This document shows, in pieces, positions 19,677 through 29,884 of a DNA stretch of 64,000 bases; the stretch's first letter is position 1; every line of letters starts with the position of its first letter. The DNA comes from Burkholderiales bacterium (lineage in GTDB: Bacteria; Pseudomonadota; Gammaproteobacteria; Burkholderiales; JBILQJ01): NCBI GenBank assembly GCA_044373325.1, contig JBILQJ010000004.1, positions 10,115-74,114 on the forward strand, written 5' to 3'. The translations under genes were made by a program, and so were the position numbers. The notes below the pieces were generated by a model. That model searched no databases. It saw only the letters and a program-made list of their open reading frames with translations, and was not told where the DNA came from.

Positions 19677-20387
19677 ATGGAATATTTGGTGATGATTTGG
19701 GATTTTTTATGGCAGGCCATGCTTCTGGTTTTGGATTTACTGCGCAACCTTGATGTGACCTTGGCACGTTGGGCCGATTTATATGGGGTTTGGTTGTATG
19801 TGATTTTATTTGCGATTATTTTTTGTGAAACGGGTTTGGTGGTGACACCTTTTTTACCTGGGGATTCTTTGTTATTTGTGGCGGGTGGCATTGCAGGGTT
19901 GGCGGGCGGTGCGCTCAATGTTCATACTTTGGTGTTGGTATTGGTGGTGGCGGCCATTTTGGGCGATGCCACCAATTACACGATAGGACGTTATGCTGGT
20001 GCGCAATTGTCGGCAAAATACCCCCGATTGATTAAACCCGAAAACTTAGCAGAAACGCATCGTTTTTTTGAAAAACATGGCGGGAAAACCATCATTTTGG
20101 CCAGATTTTTGCCGTTTGTTCGCACGTTTGCGCCTTTTGTGGCGGGCATGAGCAAAATGAATCACAGTCTTTTTTTGCGTTATAACGTGATCGGTGCGGT
20201 GATTTGGGTCGCGAGTTTGTGTTATTTGGGCTACGTTTTGGGTCAAAACGAATGGGTCAAATTGCATTTAGAAAAAATCATCATTTTGATGATAGTGATA
20301 CCAGGTTTGCCTGCCGTTTGGAAAGTGTTGAAAAGTTATTTGGCCAAAAAACAAGCCGCCAAGAAAAATAATTCACCTTCAATTTAA
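19677..20387 (+). CDS. DedA-family membrane protein
   Basis: 236 aa with the DedA motifs FCETGLVVTPFLPGDSLLF and ARFLPFVRTFAPFVAG. Confidence 0.8.
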   Translation: MEYLVMIWDFLWQAMLLVLDLLRNLDVTLARWADLYGVWLYVILFAIIFCETGLVVTPFLPGDSLLFVAGGIAGLAGGALNVHTLVLVLVVAAILGDATNYTIGRYAGAQLSAKYPRLIKPENLAETHRFFEKHGGKTIILARFLPFVRTFAPFVAGMSKMNHSLFLRYNVIGAVIWVASLCYLGYVLGQNEWVKLHLEKIIILMIVIPGLPAVWKVLKSYLAKKQAAKKNNSPSI

Positions 20388-20408
20388 CTCAACGTTAGGG
20401 GCTCAATC

Positions 20409-21254
20409 ATGAAAATTATCCACAGCATCGCCGAGTTTCAAGCTTGGCGGCAGAGCGTGTCCAGTTTGGCTTTTGTGCCTACCATGGGCAATTTACACGC
20501 GGGGCATTTGTCTTTGGTGGCTGCCGCCAAACAACACGCCCAGCACGTGGCGGTGAGTATTTTTGTCAATCGCTTGCAGTTTGGTCAAGGGGAAGATTTT
20601 GATGCTTACCCACGCACGCACGAGGCCGACATTGCCCAGCTCATCGCAGCAGGCGTTGATGTGTTGTTTTTGCCCACAGAAGCCACTTTGTATCCGAATA
20701 CGGTGCAGGCTTATCAGGTCGAACCGCCAGAAATGCAATCGCGTTTAGAAGGGGCTTTTCGCCCTGGCCATTTTAGGGGCGTGGCGACGGTGGTACTCAA
20801 GCTATTTAACATCGTGCAACCCAATGTGGCGTGTTTTGGGCGGAAAGATTTTCAACAATTGGCCATCATTCAAGGCATGGTGGCGGATTTAAATGTGCCT
20901 GTGCGTCTCGTGGCCGTTGATACAGGCCGTGCGTCCGATGGCTTGGCTTTGTCGTCGCGCAATGGGTATTTAAGCTCAGAACAGCGCGCCATCGCGCCGC
21001 AGTTGTATCAAACCCTGTGCGGCGTTCGGTCGGCCATTTTGGCAGGCGAGGGCGATTTTGACGAATTGTGCGCACAGGCCACACGGCAATTGACCGCGCA
21101 AGGCTGGGTGGTGGATTATTTAAGCGTGTGCGATGCGCATCAGTTGTTGCCGCTGACCAAACACACGCTTGATGCGCCCAAAGAAAAAGTCATTTTAGCC
21201 ACCGCCCGTTTGGGCAAAACCCGTTTGTTGGACAACTTAGAATTTGTGTTGTAA
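20409..21254 (+). CDS. panC: pantoate--beta-alanine ligase
   Basis: PTMGNLHAGH (HIGH-like) motif; 281 aa. Confidence 0.9.
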   Translation: MKIIHSIAEFQAWRQSVSSLAFVPTMGNLHAGHLSLVAAAKQHAQHVAVSIFVNRLQFGQGEDFDAYPRTHEADIAQLIAAGVDVLFLPTEATLYPNTVQAYQVEPPEMQSRLEGAFRPGHFRGVATVVLKLFNIVQPNVACFGRKDFQQLAIIQGMVADLNVPVRLVAVDTGRASDGLALSSRNGYLSSEQRAIAPQLYQTLCGVRSAILAGEGDFDELCAQATRQLTAQGWVVDYLSVCDAHQLLPLTKHTLDAPKEKVILATARLGKTRLLDNLEFVL

Positions 21255-21323
21255 ACGGGCTGGTGACTTTTTTTGAGGGGGAGTCTTTTTTGTTGTTCTT
21301 TCAACTGCGGTAACTCAAACGCC

Positions 21324-22862
21324 ATGTCTCTATTTCGCTTGTTACATATCCTTTATCTCTTTTATGCCTTTGGTTTAGACGAATTTTTAGCTTGGTCGCG
21401 CTGGGGTTTTTTGCATCGCGTGCTAAAGATTTTGCCGTTTCGGCGTAAAAATTCAGAACCCTTAGCGGTAAGAGTGCGCTTGGTCTTAGAAAACCTAGGC
21501 CCTATTTTTGTGAAGTTTGGCCAAGCGTTATCAACTCGCCCAGATTTATTACGCCCTGATTTTGCAGAAGAATTATCCCATTTGCAAAGTCGAGTGCCAC
21601 CTTTTGCCGGCGAGTTGGCCGTGGCGATTATAGAAAAGTCTTTGGGTTTGCCTTTGTCTCAAGTGTATGCCGAGTTTGAGTTGGAGGCCGTGGCCAGCGC
21701 CTCGATAGGGCAAGTCCATAAAGCCCGTTTACATCCCGTTGGCAACGCAACCGTCGGGCAAGCCGTGGCCGTTAAAATTTTGCGCCCCAACATTCGTGAG
21801 ACGATACAACAAGATTTAGCGCTGCTCGCTTCGTTAGCGCGTTGGGTGAGTTCGGTAAGCGCAGAAGCACGGCGCTTGCGCCCCCAATTGGTGGTGGCCG
21901 AGTTTTCGCGCTCGGTGCTGGAAGAGCTGGATTTGATGAATGAGGCAGGCAATGGCTCGCAATTGCAGCGCAATTTTGTAGGCAGTTCAGAATTGCTAGT
22001 CCCAACTATGTATTACGATTATTGTCGGCCAGAAGTCATGACCATGGAATGGATGGATGGCACGCCCATTTCTCACCTCGACGTGTTGTTAGAAAAAGGC
22101 CTGAATTTGGAAAGGTTGGCCACAACGGCCGTGAATATCTTTTTTACTCAAGTCTTTACGCATGGATTTTTTCATGCCGATATGCACCCAGGAAACATTT
22201 TTGTGGCCGATGATGGGCGTTATATTGCCTTGGATTTTGGGATTATGGGCAGTTTAACCAAAGAAGACAAACACGCTTTGGCGGTCAATATGTTGGCTTT
22301 TTTTAATCGAGATTATCGTGCGGTGGCCGTGGCGCACATCGAATCGGGTTGGGTGCCGAAAGACACGAATGTGGCGGCGTTTGAAACGGCCATACGCGCC
22401 ATTTTAGAGCCTTTGTTTAATAAGCCTTTGGGCGAAATTTCATTTGGTTTGGTCTTGTATCAAGTGTTTACGATTGGGCGGCGTTTTCAAGCCAACATCC
22501 AACCGCAATTGATTTTATTACAAAAAACGTTGGTGAACGTCGAAGGTTTGGGGCGACAACTTTACCCAGAACTGGATTTGTGGGCGACGGCGCAACCTTT
22601 TTTAACGCGTTGGATGGATCAAGAAGTTGGCGTGCGTGGTTGGTGGGCGCAGCTCAAACACGAAGTGCCTTATTGGTCTAAAACTTTGCCGCTTTTGCCC
22701 CGTCAACTCATGCAAGTCATGAATAAAATTGAAGACAACAACCTCAGCGCCGCGTATCAATTGCTGCTACGCCAACAACAAAGGCATGGCCTTTATTTGG
22801 GCATCATCGCGCTGTGCGCGTGCGTAGCCTTGGGGGTTCAGTTGGTTGAGATTGGACGTTAA
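21324..22862 (+). CDS. ubiB: ubiquinone biosynthesis regulatory kinase-like protein UbiB
   Basis: ABC1/UbiB family: ASIGQVHKA, HADMHPGNIF and C-terminal TM helices. The ATG at 21324 is preferred over the TTG at 21273. Confidence 0.85.
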   Translation: MSLFRLLHILYLFYAFGLDEFLAWSRWGFLHRVLKILPFRRKNSEPLAVRVRLVLENLGPIFVKFGQALSTRPDLLRPDFAEELSHLQSRVPPFAGELAVAIIEKSLGLPLSQVYAEFELEAVASASIGQVHKARLHPVGNATVGQAVAVKILRPNIRETIQQDLALLASLARWVSSVSAEARRLRPQLVVAEFSRSVLEELDLMNEAGNGSQLQRNFVGSSELLVPTMYYDYCRPEVMTMEWMDGTPISHLDVLLEKGLNLERLATTAVNIFFTQVFTHGFFHADMHPGNIFVADDGRYIALDFGIMGSLTKEDKHALAVNMLAFFNRDYRAVAVAHIESGWVPKDTNVAAFETAIRAILEPLFNKPLGEISFGLVLYQVFTIGRRFQANIQPQLILLQKTLVNVEGLGRQLYPELDLWATAQPFLTRWMDQEVGVRGWWAQLKHEVPYWSKTLPLLPRQLMQVMNKIEDNNLSAAYQLLLRQQQRHGLYLGIIALCACVALGVQLVEIGR

Positions 22863-22955
22863 GCAATACCCAAAATCAAAGCGGCGCAGAGTACAAATCT
22901 TTGTGGATTCCCTTTTTCCGTGGTTGTCGTATTGAAGGTGGTTTTGGTTCATAGC

Positions 22956-23086
22956 ACCACCCCGTCAGGCTGCGCCTGCCACCCCTCCAGAGGAGGGGAA
23001 TTTGTAAAGCCTAATAAGTTGTCAAACCCAATAAGAGCGTGTGTTATTCCTCTCCTTTGGAGGGGTGCCCGTTAGGGCGGGGTGGT
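22956..23086. repeat. about 130-bp MITE/REP-like element with imperfect ~45-bp terminal inverted repeats
   Basis: The left arm accaccccgtcaggctgcgcctgccacccctccagaggaggggaat matches the reverse complement of the right arm, accaccccgccctaacgggcacccctccaaaggagaggaat. Each arm contains its own small palindrome (CCCTCC..GGAGGG). Confidence 0.6.
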
Positions 23087-23142
23087 TTATCCTATCAAGA
23101 TATGCGCGGCAGGCAGCCACTATTTGGTGAATTCTAAAATGC

Positions 23143-23199
23143 TTGCGGCCAACCTTTTCCAAGTTTTCAACACGAAAACAGGAAAAAGGTTGGCCGCAA
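23143..23199. repeat. inverted pair of the 12-mer, GTTTTCGTGTTGAAAA-loop subfamily (inverted orientation)
   Basis: ttgcggccaacc-ttttccaagttttcaacacgaaaacaggaaaaa-ggttggccgcaa. Confidence 0.9.
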
Positions 23200-23220
23200 G
23201 GGGTTTTTAGAATAACAGCG

Positions 23221-24516
23221 TTATTTTTTTAATTTGCTTAAGGCGCGTTTGGCACGCATTAAGGTTTCGTGCACAATCGCATCGGTGTGCGCCAAAGACA
23301 CAAAACCTGCTTCGTAGGCGGAAGGCGCAAGATAAACCCCTTCGTCTAACATCGCATGAAAAAATTCATTAAACGGCGCGTTGTCTATGGCCATGACTTC
23401 TTGAAAACTCGTGGGAACGGTGTTCGAAAAATACAAGCCAAACATACCGCCAACACAAACCGAACTGAAAGGCAGGTTGGCCGCGTGCGCCAACTCGGTC
23501 AAACCCTCGGTAAATTGTCGGGTTCTTTCGCTAAGGTTGTCGTAAAAATGATTGACTTGGATTAATTTTAACGTGGTCAAGCCAGCGGCTACCGCAACGG
23601 GGTTGCCCGATAAAGTCCCAGCTTGGTAAACATCACCTTCTGGTGCGATGTGCGCCATGATGTCGGCGCGGCCACCAAAAGCAGCCAAAGGCATACCGCC
23701 GCCGATGATTTTTCCCAACGTGGTTAAGTCGGGCTTGATGCCATGCAAACCTTGTGCGCCTTGTAACCCTACGCGAAAGCCTGTCATGACTTCATCGTAA
23801 ATCAAAACCGTGCCGTGCTCTTCAGTGACGCGGCGCAAAGTTTGAATAAATTCAGGGCTGGGTTGTACCAAATTCATATTGCCCGCAATGGGTTCAATAA
23901 TCACGCAAGCGATGGTGTCGCCTATCTCTTTAAACGTCGCAATCAGTTGCTCGATGTTATTGTATTCCAACACCAGCGTGTGGCGGGTTAAGTCTTCGGG
24001 TATGCCTGCCGACGAGGGTTTGCCAAAGGTGAGCAAACCCGAACCCGCTTTAACCAATAAACTGTCAGAATGACCGTGATAACAACCTTCAAATTTGATG
24101 AGCGTATCGCGCTTTGTGTAGCCCCTAGCCAGGCGAATGGCGCTCATGGTGGCTTCTGTTCCAGAAGAAACCAAGCGCACTTTTTCTATGGAAGGCAATA
24201 AACGGCAAATTTCTTCAGCCAAATTCACTTCGCCTTCGGTGGGCGCACCAAACGATAAACCATTTTCAGCCGCCGCATGCACGGCTGCAATCACAGCAGG
24301 GTGAGCATGACCTAAAATGGCAGGCCCCCAAGAACCCACATAATCTATGTATTGTTTATGATTGACATCCCAAAGGTAAGCGCCTTGGGCACGTTTAATG
24401 AACCGAGGGGTTCCGCCTACCGAACCGAAAGCGCGGACAGGCGAATTAACGCCACCGGGGATGACTTTGGTGGCGCGTTCCATTAAAGCAGGATGGCGAT
24501 TGAGCGTTTCTGACAT
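23221..24516 (-). CDS. hemL: glutamate-1-semialdehyde 2,1-aminomutase
   Basis: 431-aa class-III aminotransferase with [10 protein letters not shown] and PLP-Lys context TLGKIIGGG. Confidence 0.95.
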   Translation of the reverse strand: MSETLNRHPALMERATKVIPGGVNSPVRAFGSVGGTPRFIKRAQGAYLWDVNHKQYIDYVGSWGPAILGHAHPAVIAAVHAAAENGLSFGAPTEGEVNLAEEICRLLPSIEKVRLVSSGTEATMSAIRLARGYTKRDTLIKFEGCYHGHSDSLLVKAGSGLLTFGKPSSAGIPEDLTRHTLVLEYNNIEQLIATFKEIGDTIACVIIEPIAGNMNLVQPSPEFIQTLRRVTEEHGTVLIYDEVMTGFRVGLQGAQGLHGIKPDLTTLGKIIGGGMPLAAFGGRADIMAHIAPEGDVYQAGTLSGNPVAVAAGLTTLKLIQVNHFYDNLSERTRQFTEGLTELAHAANLPFSSVCVGGMFGLYFSNTVPTSFQEVMAIDNAPFNEFFHAMLDEGVYLAPSAYEAGFVSLAHTDAIVHETLMRAKRALSKLKK

Positions 24517-24574
24517 GGGATATTCCTACTAATAATTAAATACAAACCACAAAAAGATTGAACACTAACTGGGC

Positions 24575-25240
24575 TTAAAACGTAAATTGAGAGGCTTCGA
24601 CTTGTGTGGCCAAGCGTGGCGTGCTGGTGTCAAATACCGCCTGCGCGTTCATGCTGCCATCAGCCAGCTTGGTGTAACACATCGCCACCATGCTGGGGGC
24701 TTGACCAATGACGCAAACCAATCGGCCACCGGTACTTAAGGCTTCAAACAAAGCTTCGGGGGCGCTGGCCAACGAGGCTTGAATTAAGATGGCATTAAAT
24801 TGCCCCGCTGCGGCCTGTGCGTATCCGTCACCAACTTGAACGCTGACGTTAAGCAATTGAGCTTGCGCAAGGTTTTTTGTGGCCAACTCAACCAAGTTGG
24901 CATCCACATCAAAGCTGTTCACTTCTCGACACATATGCGACATCAGCGCAGCGCTGTAACCCAAACCACAACCTAACTCTAATACTTTATCGCTGGTTTG
25001 TAGTTTTAAGCTTTGAATTAAACGCGCTGTCACTTTGGGGCTTAGCAAATGTGCGCCATTGTCTAAGGGTAAATCCACATCAGCAAAGGCCAAATTGAGG
25101 TATGAGTTGGGTACAAATTGTGCACGGTCTACATAACAAAGCGCATCCAAAATGTTGGAGTCGTACACGTTCCAAGGTCGAATTTGTTGTTCTACCATAT
25201 TGAAATGGGCAACATTTGTTTTGGTGAGATTAATAGACAT
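24575..25240 (-). CDS. protein-L-isoaspartate O-methyltransferase-family protein (start at MSINLTK)
   Basis: SAM-binding VLELGCGLGYSAAL with PCMT-like layout. Confidence 0.6.
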   Translation of the reverse strand: MSINLTKTNVAHFNMVEQQIRPWNVYDSNILDALCYVDRAQFVPNSYLNLAFADVDLPLDNGAHLLSPKVTARLIQSLKLQTSDKVLELGCGLGYSAALMSHMCREVNSFDVDANLVELATKNLAQAQLLNVSVQVGDGYAQAAAGQFNAILIQASLASAPEALFEALSTGGRLVCVIGQAPSMVAMCYTKLADGSMNAQAVFDTSTPRLATQVEASQFTF

Positions 25241-25404
25241 CTGGAATATCCCTTTGAATTTTTTTCGAGTGAATTTTTTCGGGTGAATTAAACCCAAATA
25301 CGATGGCAAACAGGCGCGCATTATCCCATAAATAACACGCTAAAAACAAGCAATACACAACCATGGCACTGGAAAGTGTCGCATAAAAAGGCGATTGTAT
25401 GGCC

Positions 25405-26160
25405 TTAGTCGGCGCTGGCTTTTTTAATAAAAATGATGTCCCACACGCCATGCCCCAGTTTAATGCCTCGATTTTCGAATTTGGTGATAGGACGATAATT
25501 GGGGCGTTCAGCGTAACCGCTGGCGGTTGTGGCTTGGTTTGTTAGGTCGGGGCTGTTTTGAAAAACGTCCAAAATTTGAATGGCGTAATCTTCCCAATCG
25601 GTGGCGGCATGAAGGTAACCGCCTGCTTTGATTTTTTTGCTGAGTTTGGCGATTAACGGCAATTGGATCAAGCGGCGTTTGTTGTGGCGTTTTTTGTGCC
25701 AAGGATCGGGGAAAAAAATATGCACGCCGTCTAAACTGCCATCAAGCAACATATGGTCGATGATTTCAACCGCATCATGATGCATTAAACGCAAATTGGT
25801 GAGGTTTTTCTCTTTGATAAGCTTGAACAAATTGCCCACACCAGGGGTATGAACTTCGATGCCGATGTAATCTTGATGCGGCATTTGTTCGGCAATTTGT
25901 GCGGTGGCGGTGCCCATGCCAAAGCCAATTTCAAGGATTTTTGGGGCGGTACGTTGAAAAATGGCGTTTAAATCTAAGGGGTTTTTTTGATAAGCAATGC
26001 CGTGTTCTAACATGCCTGCCGCCACGGCGGCGCGTTGGGAATCGGTCAGGTGGCCTTGTCGTAACACAAAACTTTTAATGGGGCGGTGTAAGACCGTTTC
26101 AGTGCTAGAAAGGGCTGGGGTAGCATCAGGCACATCGGAAGTGTTGAATAAAGTTGACAT
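25405..26160 (-). CDS. trmB: tRNA (guanine46-N7)-methyltransferase
   Basis: LEIGFGMGTATA, FFPDPWHKKRHNKRR. Confidence 0.9.
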   Translation of the reverse strand: MSTLFNTSDVPDATPALSSTETVLHRPIKSFVLRQGHLTDSQRAAVAAGMLEHGIAYQKNPLDLNAIFQRTAPKILEIGFGMGTATAQIAEQMPHQDYIGIEVHTPGVGNLFKLIKEKNLTNLRLMHHDAVEIIDHMLLDGSLDGVHIFFPDPWHKKRHNKRRLIQLPLIAKLSKKIKAGGYLHAATDWEDYAIQILDVFQNSPDLTNQATTASGYAERPNYRPITKFENRGIKLGHGVWDIIFIKKASAD

Positions 26161-26184
26161 AGAAATTAAATAAAATTCAGTGGG

Positions 26185-27417
26185 TTAATGAAAAGCAAGG
26201 TCTAAAAAATGTTGAGCCAAAACGCGATAATCATGATGCTTTAAAACGTAGTTTTGGCCATTTTCACCCAAACGCAGGCGTTCTTTTGGGGTGAGTTTGG
26301 CCAATTGCAGTATCGTTAACGCTATGGCTGATGGGTCTTCTGCCGCGCAAGAAAGGCCTGCTTGAGCGCTGGCCACGGTGTCATTGCCGTAAGAGATGGC
26401 GTGGACGATGGGTTTTTTGGCCATCATGTAATCAAATAATTTGTTGGGATTGATGCCAAAACGATAAATGGGCAACCGTCGCCAACCCAAATACAGCCCG
26501 TCCATTTGGCCTAAAAACGCAGGGATTTGGCTTTTGGCTAAAGCAGGCAAAAACGTGACATTATCTAAGCCTAAGCTTGAGGCTTGCTGTTCTAAAGCAG
26601 CTTTGTCAGGACCAGAACCAACCAGCACCAGCTGTATCGGCACTTGTTTTTGTTGAAGGATAGCCATCGCCGATAACAAATCCGTCAAGGCATTGGCCAA
26701 ACCATGTCCGCCCGCATAGCCTAAGATAAAGCGGTCTTGCGCTCGATATTGAGCCAAAACGTCCAGCAGCTTTGGCTCTAAAGGCCTTTGATTGCCTATC
26801 CATTCTTCGATTTGTATGCCGTTGGGCACAAGGCCGTAGTTGGCCGCAGGCATGCCATGCGCCTGCATGTGTTCTTTGGCCAAAGGTAACATAGAAATGA
26901 CTTTGTCGGCTTTTTTGTAGGCAAAATTTTCAGCCCATTGCAACAGCAGAATAAACGGGTGATAAGGCGACATACCGCCCACTTCAACTGGCGTAAGCGG
27001 CCATAAATCATGCACTTCATACACCCAGCGCGCGCCCGTTTTTTTGGCCAAATAGTGCGCAAAAACCGCATCTAAAGGATAGGTGGACGACGCAATAATC
27101 AAATCAGGTTGGCTTGCGGCCAACCTTTTTCGGGTGAGCCACAGCGCCCATAAAAAATGAAAAATGTTCAACACCCGTTTGAAACCATTGCTGGTATAAG
27201 ACAAAGTTTTGAGCCACAAATAGTCTATGCCGTCTATGTTTTCGGCTAAAGTGGCTTGGGTCAGCGTGGGATTATGTTGGCGTAAATGCGAGTGGTTGGC
27301 CGCAACGATGGTGACTTTATGCCCCAAAGCCAGCCAAGCTTGTGCCAAATAATACGGCCTAAATTCCATGCCATGCTTGGGCGAACCTGCGTAATGATTG
27401 ATGTATAAAATATTCAT
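26185..27417 (-). CDS. glycosyltransferase family 4 (WcaI-like); start at MNILYINHY
   Basis: GT-B fold pattern, with an N-terminal MNILYINHYAGSPKHGMEFRPYYLA. It contains two exact intragenic copies of the 12-mer (27114, 27294). Confidence 0.6.
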   Translation of the reverse strand: MNILYINHYAGSPKHGMEFRPYYLAQAWLALGHKVTIVAANHSHLRQHNPTLTQATLAENIDGIDYLWLKTLSYTSNGFKRVLNIFHFLWALWLTRKRLAASQPDLIIASSTYPLDAVFAHYLAKKTGARWVYEVHDLWPLTPVEVGGMSPYHPFILLLQWAENFAYKKADKVISMLPLAKEHMQAHGMPAANYGLVPNGIQIEEWIGNQRPLEPKLLDVLAQYRAQDRFILGYAGGHGLANALTDLLSAMAILQQKQVPIQLVLVGSGPDKAALEQQASSLGLDNVTFLPALAKSQIPAFLGQMDGLYLGWRRLPIYRFGINPNKLFDYMMAKKPIVHAISYGNDTVASAQAGLSCAAEDPSAIALTILQLAKLTPKERLRLGENGQNYVLKHHDYRVLAQHFLDLAFH

Positions 27418-27418
27418 A

Positions 27419-28024
27419 TTAATTTTTTTGTAACAATCGTTGCACAGTTTCGACCAGCACTTGGGTTTGGGGGTCAATTTCTATGTTAATGACATCGCCA
27501 ACTTTGCGCCAACCTAAGTTGGTTCGAGCCAAAGTTTCGGGAATTAAGTGGACGCAAAAACGGTTGCTGTCGACTTGGCCTATGGTCAAACTGATGCCGT
27601 CAAGGCCGATGTAGCCTTTTTCAAATAAAAAATGCGCGTATTGCGGCGGTAAAGTCAGCCACAAAGTCGTGTTGTGTTCGGTCACAACGCATTCAACCAA
27701 CGTGGCAAACGTCAAAATGTGGCCTGACATCAAATGGCCACCAATTTCATCGCCAATTTTTGCTGCGCGTTCGATGTTGATTTTGTCACCCACTTGCAGT
27801 AAGCCCAAATTGGTAATGCCCAACGTGGATTGAATGAGGTCAAACGACACCAAATCGCCATCAATCTTGGTTACAGTGAGGCAACAGCCGTTGTTGGCGA
27901 TGGAAGCGCCCAAGCTTAATCCCGTTAAATACTCGGGCGCGATGCGCACCGTGTGCGTGCGAAATTGATCGTATTCAGTAACGGAAACCAGTTCACCTAA
28001 GGTTTGTATGATGCCTGTAAACAT
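27419..28024 (-). CDS. ribE: riboflavin synthase
   Basis: MFTGIIQTLGEL with two lumazine-binding repeats; 201 aa. Confidence 0.9.
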   Translation of the reverse strand: MFTGIIQTLGELVSVTEYDQFRTHTVRIAPEYLTGLSLGASIANNGCCLTVTKIDGDLVSFDLIQSTLGITNLGLLQVGDKINIERAAKIGDEIGGHLMSGHILTFATLVECVVTEHNTTLWLTLPPQYAHFLFEKGYIGLDGISLTIGQVDSNRFCVHLIPETLARTNLGWRKVGDVINIEIDPQTQVLVETVQRLLQKN

Positions 28025-28058
28025 AATAAGAATGTCCTGTGAGTTGAATCGTGAGCGT

Positions 28059-28652
28059 TTATTTTAACTGCTGATGCACGCGCAACACGCGGGCGACGGC
28101 CTCGGTGACCGCGCGGGCGGTGATGGTGGCGCCAGCCATGGCGTCGATGTCGCCACCATCTTTTTTGACTTTCCAGCGGGTTTGTAAGGTTTTACCTTCA
28201 AATTGATGTATCCAAGGGCTTTTTTTGACATCGATGTAATCACCCAAACCAGGGGTTTCTTTGTGCTTGATGACGCGCACGCCGCTGACGCTGCCGTCTT
28301 GCAACACGCCCACCAATAAATCGATGCCGCCCGCATAGCCTGTATTCACGGTGACAGGATACACATACGCCATGATAGTCGTGTCTTTTTTGCCCACATA
28401 TCGAAGCGCGGATGGGCTTTGTAACTCTGCGGCCAACCTTGCGGGCAAAGATTCGGTACTGTTTTGTAAAGCGTTGTTGATGAGGTTTAAGGGGAGTACG
28501 GCTTGTAATTGTTCGGCCATGGCCAAATCCGTATTGTGCTGGATACGGTCTTTTGAGTAGTAATGTGTGCTCATTAACACAAAAGTGGCCACCAAACTAA
28601 AAGCCAATAAAATGGCGGCGTGTCGTGCCGCAGAATGAAGAGCAGGAGTCAT
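28059..28652 (-). CDS. rnfG: Rnf/Rsx electron-transport complex subunit G
   Basis: N-terminal TM and FMN-binding domain with the DAMAGATITARAV motif. The ATG at 28652 is preferred over the TTG at 28673. Confidence 0.8.
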   Translation of the reverse strand: MTPALHSAARHAAILLAFSLVATFVLMSTHYYSKDRIQHNTDLAMAEQLQAVLPLNLINNALQNSTESLPARLAAELQSPSALRYVGKKDTTIMAYVYPVTVNTGYAGGIDLLVGVLQDGSVSGVRVIKHKETPGLGDYIDVKKSPWIHQFEGKTLQTRWKVKKDGGDIDAMAGATITARAVTEAVARVLRVHQQLK

Positions 28653-28704
28653 GAGTTTATTTGTTAATTGCAAAATTCGCTAAAAAAGGTTGGCCGCAAG
28701 AGGG

Positions 28705-29730
28705 TTAAGGTTCATCTTTACGTCCAAAAACTTTAGGTTGTGTGTATTGATCGATTAATGGCGTGGCGATGTTCATGATTAAAACCGCAAAGGCCAAGCC
28801 ATCGGGAAAGTTGCCAAATACTCGAATGACGTAAGTGAAAATGCCGATGAGTAAGCCATAAATCCATTGGCCTTTGATGGTGGTGGGCGAGGTGACGGGG
28901 TCGGTCACAATAAAAAACGCCCCAATTAAAGTCGCGCCCGACAACCAATGAAACATCGGTGAACTGAATAGGGTGTCATTATAGAGCCAAAGTGCGCCTG
29001 AAATAAGGGTGATGCCTGTCAACATAGATAAAGCGGTGTGGTGTTTGATGAGCTTTCTGCGCCACATAAACAAGCCGCCAACGAGGTAAGCGCCTGCCAA
29101 AGCATAACTGGCCGTTAAATTGAGGCCTTGCGTGTTGGGCAACCAAGGCAAGGTTGCGTGTTGGGTTTCTAAGCGCAAAGCGGTTTTGGTTAAATCCAAA
29201 GGCGTAGCGCTGGCAACCGCATCTAAAGACAAGCCGCCTAAGGCATCGAGTTGACTGGTGAATATCCACGCAATTTGTTGAACCGCAGGTAACACGGTGT
29301 CGGGCGTTGGCCAACGCGCCATGTCTGCGGGATAAGACAATATCACCAAAGCAAAGCCCAGCATGGCAAGGTTGAAAGGATTTTGCCCCAGCCCACCAAA
29401 CAAATGTTTGCCTATGACGATGGCAAAAGCGGTGGCCAATACAATCAGCCACCAAACTCCTAAGGCTGGCATGGCCAAGGCCAACAAAGCCGCCGTGAGC
29501 GTGGCGCTAAAATCGCTTAAGGCGGGTAGGGCTTTGCGTTTGCGCAAGCGCAAACATATGGCCTCAAAGAACAAAGCAGTCACAATCGCCAAGGCAAATT
29601 GCACCAGCACGCCCACGCCAAAAAAATAAACTTTGACCAAAAAAGCAGGGACTAAAGCCAGTAAAACTTGCAGCATTATCCATTGCGTGGTGTTGCGCTT
29701 ACTTAAAAATGGAGAAAAAATCGTTTTCAT
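28705..29730 (-). CDS. rnfD: Rnf/Rsx electron-transport complex subunit D
   Basis: 341-aa polytopic NqrB/RnfD-family protein with the VASATPLD flavin-attachment region. Confidence 0.85.
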   Translation of the reverse strand: MKTIFSPFLSKRNTTQWIMLQVLLALVPAFLVKVYFFGVGVLVQFALAIVTALFFEAICLRLRKRKALPALSDFSATLTAALLALAMPALGVWWLIVLATAFAIVIGKHLFGGLGQNPFNLAMLGFALVILSYPADMARWPTPDTVLPAVQQIAWIFTSQLDALGGLSLDAVASATPLDLTKTALRLETQHATLPWLPNTQGLNLTASYALAGAYLVGGLFMWRRKLIKHHTALSMLTGITLISGALWLYNDTLFSSPMFHWLSGATLIGAFFIVTDPVTSPTTIKGQWIYGLLIGIFTYVIRVFGNFPDGLAFAVLIMNIATPLIDQYTQPKVFGRKDEP

Positions 29731-29884
29731 AATAATTTGAACTCATCGTAGATTTTGACGATTTTGAAAAAAGTAAGATTTTAACATTAAATCAATTTGA
29801 ACGCCGCCGCACTTTTTCAGAGTAACGTCGCGTTGACTTATCCGCTATAATTCGTTTTTTTTTTACAACCGTTGAAAATATTTC

